Source of the DNA: the human T2T-CHM13v2.0 reference genome, Homo sapiens
Length of the DNA stretch: 64,000 nt
NCBI RefSeq assembly: GCF_009914755.1
Contig: NC_060931.1
Direction: 5' to 3' (one strand)
In this document: positions 45,701 to 59,778 of the stretch, piece by piece
Position numbering within the stretch: the first letter of the stretch is position 1
How the letters are laid out: the number at the start of each line of letters is the position of its first letter
Notes under the pieces: model-generated
Databases searched by the model: none
What the model saw: the letters and a program-made list of their open reading frames with translations, nothing else
Told to the model about the DNA's origin: nothing
Made by a program: the position numbers and the translations under genes

Positions 45701-46266
45701 GCTACAATGAGGGATGGGAGGATGGGTCCTGAAGGGAGAGCGTGAGCCGCCCAGCTCTGAGCTGGTCAGTCTCATCTGAAGTGTTGATTAGTTCTGGTCC
45801 TTCCCCTTGAAGAGGGCTAGGCAAGACAGGAGAAAGGAAACAGGAAAAAGTGCCACAAACCCCGACAAAGGAAGGATGCCTGAAGGAGCTGGGGGCTGGC
45901 TGGGTAATGACACATAACTTCAAACGCAGAGAGACGGAAGTGATTTGCTCTGCGTTACTGACAAGGCCAGAAGGGAGCACAGTCAATGTTACAGGAGGCC
46001 CATCTTCTGACCACAGATAAACAGCCTGTCCCTGAGGGTCATGAGTTCCCTTCCCTTTGGTAATCAAGTAATATGACTCTGTGCAAAGAAAACAGTTGAA
46101 TCAAGGATTCATGCTCCAACCAGGTACGCCATGATGCCTTTCCAAGTCTGCGTGCGCTTGATACTGCCATCTCTCCTGGAAAAACACTCCCGGCAAGGTA
46201 GCTGTGCCTGCTGCCTGCTCTGCTGGTTACCTGCCTGCTGCCTGCCCTACCTGCTGTAATGGCGAC

Positions 46267-46641
46267 TGATATGGTTTGCATTTGTATCCCCGCCCAAAAT
46301 CTCATGTCCATCCCCAAGGTTGGAGGAGGAGCCTGGTGGTAGGTGACGGGATCACAGGGGCAGATGTCCCCCTTGCTATTCTCATGACAGTAAGTTGCCA
46401 CGAGACCTGGTTGTTGGAAAGTGTGTAGCACCTCCCCTTTTGTGCTCTTTTCCTCCTGCTCCAGCCACGTAAGACTTGCCAGCTTCCCCTTTGCTTCTGC
46501 CATGATTTTAAGTTTCCTGAGGCCTTCCAGCCATGCTTCCTGTACAGGCTGCGGAACTATGAGTCAATTAAACCTCATTTCTTTATAAATTACCCAGTCC
46601 CAGGCAGTTCTTTATAAGCGGTGTGAGTGTGGACGAATACA
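46267..46641 (+). mobile_element. Solo MaLR LTR (MSTA/THE1D-type)
   Basis: tgatatggtttg...ATTAAA...aataca; TSD GCGAC/GTGAC (CpG decay). Confidence 0.92.
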
Positions 46642-47157
46642 GTGACACACACACAGCAGGTAAGTTTTGGTTTTTGTAGGTCTAGTAGAAACTTTGACAC
46701 TTTACAACAGAAAAGGCAACCATCTGGTCTCATAAGTAAAACAAAAACAAAGACTTTGATAAGTGATTTCACAGTAGCTTCTGGGCAGATAGATGGCAAA
46801 GGGAAAGTTGATTACTAACATTGAACTTTCATGGGATGGAAAATTAAAAGAACACAAATATTTCTGTGGGGATTTAACCCCCATGATAAGTAGGAGGAAA
46901 ACAGAAGTGGGATATAGGTATCCCTGATTAGATATGTCCTTCTAAAAGGCAGTGCAAAGTCATAGACCAATATTGTGTTCTGCTCCTCCACTGCTTATGA
47001 AATCTTATGAAAAAGATAATCAACTCTAGCACCCCCAATCAAATAGATATCTGCACAGCCAAGCACACGGTGCCAAGGAAAAACCAGACAGTGGAATGGT
47101 TAAGGACATAGGCTTCAGGCTTGACCCCGTACGCCTGATCCCTGATCTATCCCATTA

Positions 47158-47643
<486 letters not shown>

Positions 47644-48964
47644 TCAGACTTTAAGCCCATACTTGAGGATGATGATGTTTGAGAAGATTTAGGCATTAAA
47701 AAGAAAAGCACTGAGAATAAATATATACATATTTATGTATTTTTATTTCCATTTATTTACTTATCTGTCATATTTCATTGATTTTAAGACATGCCCCACT
47801 CCCCATTTTAACATTTTAAAAATGCAAACACCTTACGATCAGCACACATGACACATTTAGGGACAATACATAATAATCTTTATTTCAACTGAAAAGCTGT
47901 TGTTAAAACTGACTTATGGCATTTCATGATCAAAGAAATTCAATAAGTCCAAAATTGCAGGATACAAATTCTATGTTTTATTATAATAATTCTGAGGAGG
48001 AGATTTTGGCATTTGGACAAAAACTTGTTCTCCTCAGTCTCACCAACATTAAACATAAACACACTTCACAGAGACGAATGTACCTCTGTTACTCAGTAGG
48101 AGAGATGGTCTTTTTCTGCTTTGATAATCTCATCTGCAAAGGGGAGAACATGAAGGTCCCCACCGCGTAGCATTGGCAGGAGAGAAAATCCAAGTAAAGT
48201 CCTCAGCATGATGACCAGCATATAGTAAAAACCTCAGTTTTCTCATTTATAAAATGGGTATCATGAAGGTACCCAATTCACAGAGTCGGTGGAAGGCTGA
48301 AGACAAGGGAAGTAAACAGGAAGAGCTTAATCTTTTCCCCACTGCCAGCCTCTGAGTGGTCAGCTTGCAGGCTGTCGAATATGTTAGTTTTACAGTTCTA
48401 GCAGGAAATGACATGGGATGGGGGATTAATCACCCTCCCCTCTACTTGTCTGCACAAAGCACACCACTGACAGCATCCCAGGTCATGGTGGCCCATGGTT
48501 GGTTGTTGTACCTGTCTGTCTCCCTCCAGGGCTGGGAGCTCCCTGCAGGCAGGGTTGACATCTTGTTCACCTGGTACCCTAATACCCAGCCATGGTCTGC
48601 CAATCAACTGTTCATAAAATGGTAAGCGAACAAACAAATTAGTCAAAGTTACTTAGAACATTTAAAGAATAGAGTTTTCAACTGATTCTGTTAGTTACAG
48701 AAAGTGTAAACTATTTACTAATATGTAATTAACTACCTAGGATTTAAATAAATAAAGCCAGTTAACAGCAATTTGCCAGATCAATGAAAAGTATTTTCCC
48801 AAACCAAATGCCATCTATTTGTTTTAAGTGAATATTCACATGATTTTAAAGACTTAAAAAGATTATAATCTCAAATTTACATAAGTATCGCACAAATCAC
48901 TTAAAAAAAAAAAACTTACATTCTTAAAAATAATTCTACACTCTAAAACAAAAAAATCACATAC

Positions 48965-49062
48965 CAGCTCATCCAAACAGTGGCTCACATTTAACAGGGT
49001 CTTTTGTGTGCTAAACACAATGCCAAAGTTTATATAAGTGTCTTCCAATTTTCACAATGACG
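48965..49062 (-). other. GRB10: Candidate GRB10 cassette exon (98 nt; alternative donor gives 48920-49062)
   Basis: Acceptor ttctccacatttcttctgttttcag|CGT; donors CTG|gtatgt and AAT|gtaagt. Inferred from splice signals only. Confidence 0.55.
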
Positions 49063-49724
49063 CTGAAAACAGAAGAAATGTGGAGAATTTAAACACCATG
49101 CCTAAAGCCATGCAGGTGAATAGTAGTCAACACACTGCCTGTTTTACCTCACAAAATATCTCCATAACATAGCTGCTGTTCCTAAGTTCAGAATCATAAC
49201 CTTAAATGACTTGGAAAACCATTTTAGGTAAATGTCCTATCAGCTGGAACAGTCAAATAAAATTTAAAGAGAGACATTTCAAATGATCTTCGTAACTTCC
49301 CACCTCAAGGGTTAAGAGTGGCAGGTACTATCAACAAATTTCTTAAAGAAAATGTAGTCTAATAAAATGTTCTTTAGCCAAAGTATGGGGGGGGGGTGTA
49401 GTACTTAAAAATGAAAAACTACAGAATCACTCTTTCACTAAAAATAATAATAATAATAACAACAGTGACAGACTTTGGGAATGGAATTCATTTCCAGGAA
49501 CTGAGCCCAAATCAACTCTCGGAGATGATGTCATCTTTCAGCTCCTCCACGCACTGCCAAAAGATTAAGGAATCTAGGGCACCCAACAGAAAATCCAAAG
49601 CTGTATGTGATCAGCAGATGAAGTCTCATCTGAGGACTGTTTCTAACCCAGAAAATGGGGAGGAGATGAGCTGATACAAGGAGGCCCCCTTGAGCCTCTG
49701 TCCATCCAAAAAGGTTCATTCTAG

Positions 49725-50202
<478 letters not shown>

Positions 50203-53200
50203 TAGGTTCCCCGCCTGAAGCTTCAGGGACACAGCACTGAAATGGAACCACAACACACATCTTGTGGTGTCCTGGGGCTGGACAGCGTGTATGTGCACTA
50301 ATGCTGTTGCCATTATCTCCACCAAAAGCTGAGGCTCTGCAGGGCAGGATGGCAAGGAGAGTTTCTAAGATGGCTCATTTCTAAGCATGATTGTTTTTAA
50401 TTCAGAAATCAGAAAACTATGAAAATAAAAACATTGCTTTTGGAAATTCAACAGTAAATTTAATCACCTACATAAAATTCACATGCAAGTTGTTTCATTT
50501 CTAATGCTCAGTTCAACATTGTGTACGGAAGTTTGTAGCCAAGCACATTTTATTTCCTATTTTGCATTTTTCTGAAAGATAATAAATGTTGCTTTTATTT
50601 ACCATAATTTTGTCATAGGTGCATAATTCCTTCTTCAAAAGCCTGGAGGCTGGACATGGTTAAGAATTAAGAGTTTTGGGGAATGGAGAATGATAACACA
50701 GTGTCCACATCAATGAACACAGATGTGCAGGGCCCAGAGGGAGCTCCATAAACCCCATCCCACTTCCCAGGCAGACCCTGTGTTCGGCAAAGCTCTGGAC
50801 TCTGCCGTGGCATAATAAATGAGGAAATTTCTTGCTTCAGACCTTTTGATTTTAAAAATGGCAGACAATGAGCTATAGGACCCTACTAACGGAGCCCCCC
50901 CCGAAGACCAAGGCAGCCGGCCCTCTCTCCCCCCGTTGTCCCATTTTATTTGCTTCAGAATTAGTATCATTATTCACAGCTATCTCACTTGCCAGTTGTT
51001 CCATGTCTGTCTCCTCCACTGGAATCCAGGAGCCCCAAAGATCTGTCTGCCGAGCTCAAAGCTGGCTCCCTAGCCCAAAACATGTGCCTGGTACCTGGCT
51101 GGTGCTCTATCAAAGAATTAAAGATCACAGCCCTTGACTCAGCTTCTAAAGGATGACCAGGCGCCGGGTAATTTAGACATATTTCCTCTAATCCCTGCTA
51201 CAACCCAGATACCACTAACCCTTTTCTACCAAAACTTCGGTATGGAAACTGCGGTAGGGAAAGTTGCAGGATTTCTCCAAGGTCAGAGAATTATGATGTG
51301 TCACATTCTAAAGGAAAAACTTAAGTCTTAAAAGTGAAGTGGGTCATCCCCAACCTTGCCAGAACCCCTCCCCAACTGCTGCCCTCCAACAGCAGGATGA
51401 TTAAATGCATACAGTAATTTTGGTGCTTCTGTGCATATTTTAAAAATCACATCAGTGACTCACGGACTGAACCATCTATCTAATCCAAGCCACTGCTGCA
51501 AGTGAACAGCTAGAATTAGAAAATTATTTGTATGTTGAAGGTTTTAAGAATAAATTTTTCTCTATAAAACTCTGGAGATTTATCTAATTATTATAATATA
51601 ATTACGACTGCTCAAGACTGGAACCCATTGTAAATCATCCCATATTCTGAGAAATTCTGGAACTGTCATCTTATTTTCCAGGAACAAGGGACATATGCCG
51701 CCAAGTCTTGCTGTCAAATTTTTTAAAGAGTAAGACAGTGCTTTCAAATGGCCCTGAGAAGCAATGAGTATTTCCTCAAAGCATGACAGCACATAGCAGG
51801 GAAAGCCCACCCTTCCTTCCTGACTTCCTGGCTCCAGGAAAGCAGCCTGGGGCATCGGTGACTACAAACACCTAACAAGGCCATCAAGGGAGGAACTGAC
51901 ACAGCTTGTAAGTCTGCCACTTCTGTAGGTACCAGCAGGAAACTGGAAATGCCAGGAAGGGAAGGGAAGCTGACAGAACCTCTGTGGCCATTATCTGGCC
52001 CTAAAAGCCTATTCTATACCCAGCCGAGGACAGCACTACGAAAATGACCTCAAGAGAGACTTTCCCTTGGGGATGTTCTTTGAGCTCACTGACTGCACTC
52101 TCTTGGGACTGAGTAGGAAGTGGCAGGCAGGGGTGAAGGGTGCAGTCGGGCCCGGACAACTAGCTAACACTAACTGGCCACACGAGAACTGGACTTGTGA
52201 CCTGTGGGTGCAGCACAGAGCTTTAATCAATGGGGGGAGGCAACCACAGCCTCTTTAAGAACAAGAAGACAATTATGCAGAGGGAGAGGCAGATGCCTGT
52301 TCCAGAGCTCACAAACTACACAGACTCAGGGGTCACCACCAAACTTTGCAGTTCGCTAAGGTTTTAATCCTCTTTTCTGGCTTGTAACCAATTTTGGCTT
52401 TGTGTCACATTCGACGATTAGAATGAACGGTATTCCTAATCTTCAGCCTTTCTTCGAAGGCTTGCTTCACTTAGATACCAAAAAAAAAAAAAAAATGTTC
52501 AAAGGCATCTTTTTGCAGCCATAATGCTGTAGGCAATTTCTCATCACAGTAGCTAAAAAGAGACTTCACAGACTAAGAGAGAAAATAAGTTCAAAGAAGT
52601 GCAAAAAGCTGACCACAGCCTGAACATATAAAAGGACTTCCAAACCTAGGACTGCTCCAGCCGAAAAGTCACAGGCCTGGGAGAGATGGTGTAAGTACTT
52701 CCAATGACAAATCACGAGTAAGGATGAACCAGGATTCGCGAATCAAATCTAAAGAACCAAAGACCATCCCCTAACAATGAATCTGTCTACACCAAGTGAA
52801 AGTTCAAATAAAATCTGTTTCAGAAGATGAAGGGAACTTGCAGATGAAACTGTTCTAGCAGCCCATGAAGAAGAGCTAGAGAAAGTGAAGGAACAGAAAT
52901 GAACTTGTTCTCCCACAAAATTCCACCTAGGGCTCTCAGGAAAGGAAAGAGCCAATCTGTGGAGAGGACTCCCTCTAGAACATCTGTTAAGACACCAAGC
53001 CCTTTCTCCTTCCCACTCCCTCACGCGTGAGCACATGTGTCCAGGTGAATGTCCCGACAACCACCATCACTGCAGAACCCGTCATCAGGAGTGTCTGGCC
53101 CGACCCAGAAGGTGAAAAACACAGTGAGTGCTTGCTTCATTCCAAACACGGAAGCCCGGCTCTCAGGGGGCAACTCTGTACTACAACCAAACTCTTTTAG

Positions 53201-53443
53201 AAAAGTACGCACAGTCAAACGGGAATATGACCACGCTATCTTACAAGGCAAAGCAAGACACAGAAGACCGAGGCAGAAAGGGCAGTGGGCCTCTGCACCA
53301 TGGGACTTGTCACCAGCCCCTGCTCCAGCGTGTCCTAGTGACCTGAGAGCTACAGAAACGATCCATGGCTGCTGGCGACATGTGTGCCCTGGCCCTCGAC
53401 CAGCACCATCGGGCCAGGATCAGATATATGTGCTCGCCCATAC

Positions 53444-53494
53444 CTGGTAGTACGGATGGTGCAAAAAGGAATCTGGGCAGCCGGCTAAAGCCAT
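53444..53494 (-). CDS. GRB10: GRB10 first coding segment [17 protein letters not shown] (long isoform); exon is 53444-53540 including 46 nt of 5' UTR
   Basis: Minus strand reads tctttattccag|GTGCTGCAGCGC...GAACCC ATG GCT TTA GCC GGC TGC CCA GAT TCC TTT TTG CAC CAT CCG TAC TAC CAG|gtatgg; 17 codons, phase-0 donor. Confidence 0.97.
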
Positions 53495-54160
53495 GGGTTC
53501 CTTCTGCCTTCTTCAAATTACATTTACTGCGCTGCAGCACCTGGAATAAAGACAGACTGTGAGAAGCCAAGCCAGAAAAAAAAAAAAAAATCCACTACTT
53601 ATGGCTGGTTCAAGTGTGACATGTCTGAATGGGCAGCTCTTGGTCTTAGCTTGTAGGTTCAGTAAGGACACTTGCTCGGGGCACCAGCTTTTTGCTGACA
53701 TGCAGAGATGGTCCCCAACTATGGTGCCCTGAGAGGTCATCTGTGAGGTCAAAAGTCTGTGGGGTAGAAGGGTGCCCAGAGTGGTGAGGGTGACATCAGA
53801 CCCTCTAAATTTAACTCACACATTCCCAGCACTCTCCTGCACTGCCTCACCCTTCTTCCCTATACCATCTATTAACACCCTGCAAACTTCATCAAGCTTT
53901 CGCAAATAGGGATTCAGACAAATTCCAAAGAAGCCCAGAAGGGGTTGTGTGTGTGTGTTTGGGGACAGGACCACAGAACATCATTTGAGTGAACACTAGC
54001 TCCACAAGCCATAGAACAAATCGGAATTCTCAGTGGACATCCAACCTGACAAACTCATTACATACTCTCCCCTGTGGGCCACGGCACCTAGTACCGAATA
54101 AAATGAGGGATATTAATTCTAACAATCAGAATAACAACAACAAAAATCAAGACAAGACCC

Positions 54161-54561
54161 TGTTATGGGATGAACTGTATCCTCCCAAAGTTCCTAAGCT
54201 GCAGCCCTAACTCCTAGTACCTCAGAATGTGACTGTATTTGGAAGGAGGGTCTTTAAACACGTCACTAAGTTAAAATGAGATGATGAGGGTGGGCCCTAA
54301 TCCAATACAAGCGGTGTTTTTGTAAGAAGAGAATATTAGAACACAGACTTGTACAGAGAGAAGACCATGTCAGGACACCTTGAGAAAATGAACATCTGCA
54401 AGCCAAGGAGAGAGGCCTCAGGAGAAACCAAATCGGCCGATACCTTTGATCATGGACTTCCAATATCCAGACTGCGGGAAATGGATTTCTGCTATTTAAG
54501 TCCCCTCGCCCCCTCCCCAGTCTGTGGCACTTTGTTATGACAGCCTTACTAAACTAACACA
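54161..54561 (+). mobile_element. Solo MaLR LTR (MLT1B-type)
   Basis: tgttatggg...cctcagaatgtgactgtatttgga...ctaacaca; perfect TSD GACCC. Confidence 0.9.
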
Positions 54562-54904
54562 GACCCAAAATATAAAATCACTAGGGAATTCTCATCACAG
54601 CTAAAAGGAACAGAAGCATCCCAGATCTGTAAAATTTACTACCAACCATGTTTTCTGCAAGAGTTTCTCTAGAATCCCTCAAATCACCAAAGAACGCCCC
54701 AGAACACTTTGCTGGGGCTGAAAGGAAGCAGTCAATAGCAGTGGAAGTACTGGCACAATGAAGGGAGCAGGTCCATGACCTGGCTCAGACGTCCCCAACC
54801 TACTCAGTGAGAACTGTGCCCGCATCCACCCTTCACCTCTGCCATGATCAGCAGCCCCAAGGCCTCAGCCTTCTCCGGCTCACAGTCAGCCTGTCCTCGG
54901 GGTA

Positions 54905-55295
54905 GCTGGTGTTACACGTCAACAGTCCAGGCTCTAATTCCCAGTCACTTAGTCAAACACCAGTCTGGCTATTGCCATGAAGGTATTCTGTAGGTGTGGT
55001 TAATGTCTACAGTTACTTGGCTTAAAGGAAATGACCCTTAACAGAGGCATTACCCAATCCACAGAAGGCCTTGAGAGCAAACACTGAGATTTCCTAGAGA
55101 AACAAGAATTTAGCTTAAGACTGTAGCAAACTCCTGCTTGAGTTTCCAGCCTGCCTGCTCTGCAGATTTCAAACTTGCAAGTTCCTTAAAATAAATCTTT
55201 ATATATTGAATACATATGAATATAAATATTTATATATTTAAACATATATTTATTTATTTTCATACACATATCGGTTTGGGTTCACTGGACAGGCC
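54905..55295 (+). mobile_element. ERVL LTR (MLT2-type), degenerate
   Basis: gtcaaacaccagtct...tgaaggtatt...gaaggccttgagagcaaa...AATAAA followed by a TA-rich tract typical of MLT2. Confidence 0.6.
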
Positions 55296-56603
55296 GTCAC
55301 CCCTAGCCGTTGAGGTGGATCAGTGCCCCAAATCATTTGCTGCCAGATCGCAGGACCATGCCTGGATGTCTCCTGCGGGCAGCCAGGCGGCCTCTGCCTT
55401 CCACACCAGCAAACACACTCTTGTGCGACTCCTCACTCTCTACCTCACCCCACCACCTCCCATGTCCTAGCCCCATCTCTAAACACTCTTTCTGCCTTCT
55501 CCCCTAACTGCAAGGACCTGTTTCTCTCCCCTTCGCCCACATCTCTGAGGGCCTGGGAGAGGAAGGAGTGTCCTCTTGGCCACCTTGCCCGCTGGGTGAC
55601 AGTTCTGCCACATCCCACCAGGCTGCCCACACCCCCCACGCACGCCGCACGCCTCCCTGCTGTGGTCATCTCCCAGTCTCCCAGCTCATCCGTGGAGACT
55701 CACTGGCCCTCACTAATATGCCTTCTGGAATTCCTGGATGTGTTTGACATATAGAAATATGTTCTTATTTTCTCCCTGAAGTTTCAAACTTAATGTGTGT
55801 TAAGACTGTCAAAAATATCACTTAATATGCCAATTTTATTACCTAAATATCACCTTTGAAAGTATTTGCCAAAGGAGATGGCTTCTCCGCCAGGAAAATG
55901 TGTGTCCCATAAGCCCAGTGGAACAGTTTCCTTGGGACAAGTAAACTATAGTTAGATACAGTAAGAGGGCTGGGCTATCTCTGGTCTCTAATAAAATGTA
56001 ACCAATCCACAGCTAACATCATGCTTAATGGTGAAAGATGAAAAGCTTCTCCCCTGAGATCAGGAACAAGACAAAGACGCCAACTTTCACCACTTCTATT
56101 CAACATAGTATTGGAAGTCCTCGCCAGAGCACTGAGACAAGAAAAAGAAATAAAAGGGATCCAAATTGGAAAGGAGGAACTAAAATCATCAAGGTTCAGA
56201 GATGACATATGACATAATCTTATATGTAAAAACCCTAAAGATTCCATAATAAAAAACTATCAGAGCTAGTAAATGAGTTCAGCAAAGGTACAGGATACAA
56301 AGTGAACACGCAAAAACCATTTGTGTTTATAAATTAAGAACAATCCAATAGATAATTAAGAAAACAATTCCATTTACAATAGCATCAAAAATAACAAAAT
56401 ACTTAGAAATACATGTAATCAAAGAGGTGAACTACTTGTACACTGAAAACTAAAACATTGCTAAAAGAATAAAGACATAAATAAACGGTAAGACATGCTG
56501 TGTTGGAGGAACTAATATTGTTAAGATGAAATACTACCTAAAGCAATCTACAAATTCAATGCAGTCCCTATCAATATCCTAATGATATTTTTTTTTGCAG
56601 AAA

Positions 56604-57065
56604 CAGAGCTGAGGGTGTGTGAAGGGCTGATCTTGTGAAGTTCTGTGAGCAAGCTGGCTAAGATTGAAAGGGGATGATTTAGGTTTTTCTGTAGGTTGAA
56701 CATGAAAATGAAAGCACACTGATGCAGGGCCAGAATGTGGGCCCATGTGTCTGAGTAACAGGGTTTCCTTAAAAAAAGTGATCTGCTATTCAATGAAAAA
56801 CTGTAAAGGACTCTAAAAAGTTTATGAAAATCTTACCTTATGGTCAAACTCATTAAAACTAATAAAAACTAATTAAAACTAGACAGATTTAAAAAATTTT
56901 ATTAAAAAGTAGCTTTAGCATTAAAGATGCACTAATACAAACATGAAATTTGGTTTTCTCTTTTGAAAAAGACGTTTATATAATATTGTGATATATATAA
57001 AATGAAAGATTTTTTGTTTGCCTTTTGAGTAAACTACAGGAAAAAAAACAAAACAGAACAAAACA
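56604..57065 (+). mobile_element. LTR-less ERV1 internal-like fragment (MER4-group) inserted in L1
   Basis: aaagcacactgatgcagggccagaat, gtttatgaaaatcttaccttatggtcaaact and aaatttggttttctcttttgaa resemble MER4-group internal sequence; L1 resumes directly on each side. Confidence 0.55.
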
Positions 57066-57176
57066 AAAAGCCATCCTAAAATTCATATGGCTTCTCAAGG
57101 GACCTGAACAGCCAAAACAATCTTGAAAAAGAACAACACGGAGAACTCACACTTCCCGATTTCAAAACTTACTAAC

Positions 57177-57492
<316 letters not shown>

Positions 57493-57682
57493 AAAAACTT
57501 ACTACCAGGCTACAGTAATCAAAACAGTCTGGTACTAACATAAGGACTAACATACACCAATGAAATAAAACAAACAGCCCAGAAATAAATCCTCACATAT
57601 ATGGTCAACTGATTTTCAGTAAGGATGCCAAGACCATTCGCTGAGGAAAAGACAGGCTTTTCAATAAATGAATGGTTCTGGG

Positions 57683-57965
57683 GGCTGAGTATGGTGGCTC
57701 ACGCCTGTAATCCCCATACTTTGGGAGGCAGAGACAGGTGGATTGCTTGAGCCCAGAAGTTTGAGAACAGCCTGAACAACATGGTGAAACACCGCCTCTA
57801 AAAAAATTAGCCAGGCATGGTCACGTGCACTGTAGTCCCAGCTAATTGGGAGGCTGAGGCAGAAGGATCAAATTAAGCACAGGAATTGAGGATGCAGTGA
57901 GCTGTGATTAACGCCACTACACTCCAGCCAGGGCAACAGTGAGACTGTTTCAAAAAAATAAAAAT
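57683..57965 (+). mobile_element. Alu (AluJ-like) inside L1
   Basis: Diverged dimeric Alu with A tail. Confidence 0.9.
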
Positions 57966-58338
57966 AACCAATTTTTTTTAAACGGTCCTAGGAAAACTGG
58001 ACATCAGCATGCAACAAAATGAAGCTGGACTCTAAACTTACACCATAAGCAAAAAGCAACTCAAAATGTATGAAAGACCTAAACGTAAGAGCTAAAACTA
58101 TAAAACTCTTAGAAGTAAAGACAGGGAAAAATCTTCATGACATTAAATATGACAATGATTTCTCAGATATGACACCAAAGGTGCAGGCCGAAGAAAAAAT
58201 AAACTGGGTTTCACCAAAATTCAAAATGTTTGTGCATCAAAGGATGCTATCAAAAGATTGTAAAGACAACACATAGAATGGGAAAAAATACTTACAAAGC
58301 ATTTATCTGATAAGGGATTAAAACCCAGAATATATAAA

Positions 58339-59066
58339 TGATATGGTTTGGCTCTGTGTCCCCACCCAAATCTCATGTTGAACTGTAATCCCCAGCGTTG
58401 GAGATGGAGCCTGATGGGAGGTGACCGGATCATGGGGGTGGTTTCTAACGGCGTAACACCATCCCCCTAGTGCTATCTCATGATAAAGGTCTCATAGCAT
58501 CTGGCTGTTTAAAAGTGTGTAGCACCTCCCTCTTCACTCTTTCTCCTGCTCCAGCCACGTAAGATGTGCTTCCTTCCCCTTCACCTTCCTCCATGAGTCT
58601 AAGTTCCCTGAGGCCTCCCCAGCCATGCTTCCTGTACAGCCTGCGGAACTGTGAGTCAATTAAACCTCTCTTCTTTATCTCTTCTTTATAAGTTACCTAG
58701 TCTCAGGTAGTTCTTTATAGCAATATAACAACAGACTAGGCCGGGCGTGGTGGCTCACACCTGTAATCCCAACACTTCGGGAGGCCGAGGCAGGTGGATC
58801 ACCTGAGGTCAGGAGTTCAAGACCAGCCTGGCCAACATGGTGAAACCCCATCTCTACTAAATATACAAAAATTAGCCGGGCATGGTGGCAGGCACCTGCA
58901 ATCCCAGCTACTCAGGAGGCTGAAGCAGGAGAATTGCTTGAACCCAGAGGCAGAGGTTGCAGTGAGCTGAGATCACGCCATTGCACTCCAGCCTGGGCGA
59001 CAAGAGCAAAACTCTACCTCAAAAACAAACAAACAAACAAAGAAACAAAAAAAACAGACGAATGCA
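58339..59066 (+). mobile_element. Solo MaLR LTR (MSTA/THE1D-type) with an Alu in its last bases
   Basis: tgatatggtttggctctgtgtccccacccaaatctcatg...; TSD ATAAA at 58334-58338 and 59067-59071. Confidence 0.92.
58739..59053 (+). mobile_element. Alu (AluS-type) inside the LTR
   Basis: Alu consensus with (AAAC)n tail; flanking repeat AACAGAC. Confidence 0.95.
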
Positions 59067-59629
59067 ATAAAGAATGCCTACAACTCAACAACAAAAGACA
59101 TAAGCAACCTCATCTAAAAAGGCACAAAGGGCTTGAATAGACTTTTCTCCAAAGAAGATATACGAATGGCCAAAACGCACATGAAAAGGTCCTCAACATC
59201 ACTAGTCGTTAGGGAAATGCAAATCAGAACTGCAACAAGATACCACCTGACACTCATTAGGCTGACTGATATAAAAAATAAAACCACAAGTATTGGTGAG
59301 GATGTGGAGAAACTGGAACCCCTGAGCATTGCTGGTAGGCATGCAAAATGGTGTTGCTGTGGTTGAAAATAATATGGTGATTCCTCAAAAATATTAAACA
59401 TAGAATTAACATATGACCCACTTCTAAGCATATAATAGCAACTCCACTTCTAAGCATATAATACAAACTAATCAAAAGCAGAGGCTCAGGTACTTCTATA
59501 CCCATGTTCATAGCAGCACTATTCACAATAGCCAAAAGGTGGAAGCAACCTAAGTGTCCACTGATGAATTAATGGATAATTCATCAACAGACAAACAAAA
59601 TGTGGTATATACATACATGGAATGTTAAG

Positions 59630-59778
59630 GGACACGGTCTCCCTCTGTCACTCAGGCTGGAGAGCAGTGGTGTGATCAAAGCTTGCTGCAGCCTCAAATT
59701 CATGGGATCAAGCAATCCTTAGCCTCCCAGGCAGCTGGGACTTATGGGACTAGAGGAGTTCACCACCATGCCCAGATA
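59630..59778 (-). mobile_element. Alu monomer or right-arm fragment, reverse
   Basis: ctctgtcactcaggctggagagcagtggtgtgatc...ccaccatgcccag. Confidence 0.8.

Noticed and set aside
58612-58627. THE1-type PRDM9 hotspot motif in the LTR
   Set aside because: The sequence is CCTCCCCAGCCAT, not the hotspot-associated CCTCCCTAGCCAC.
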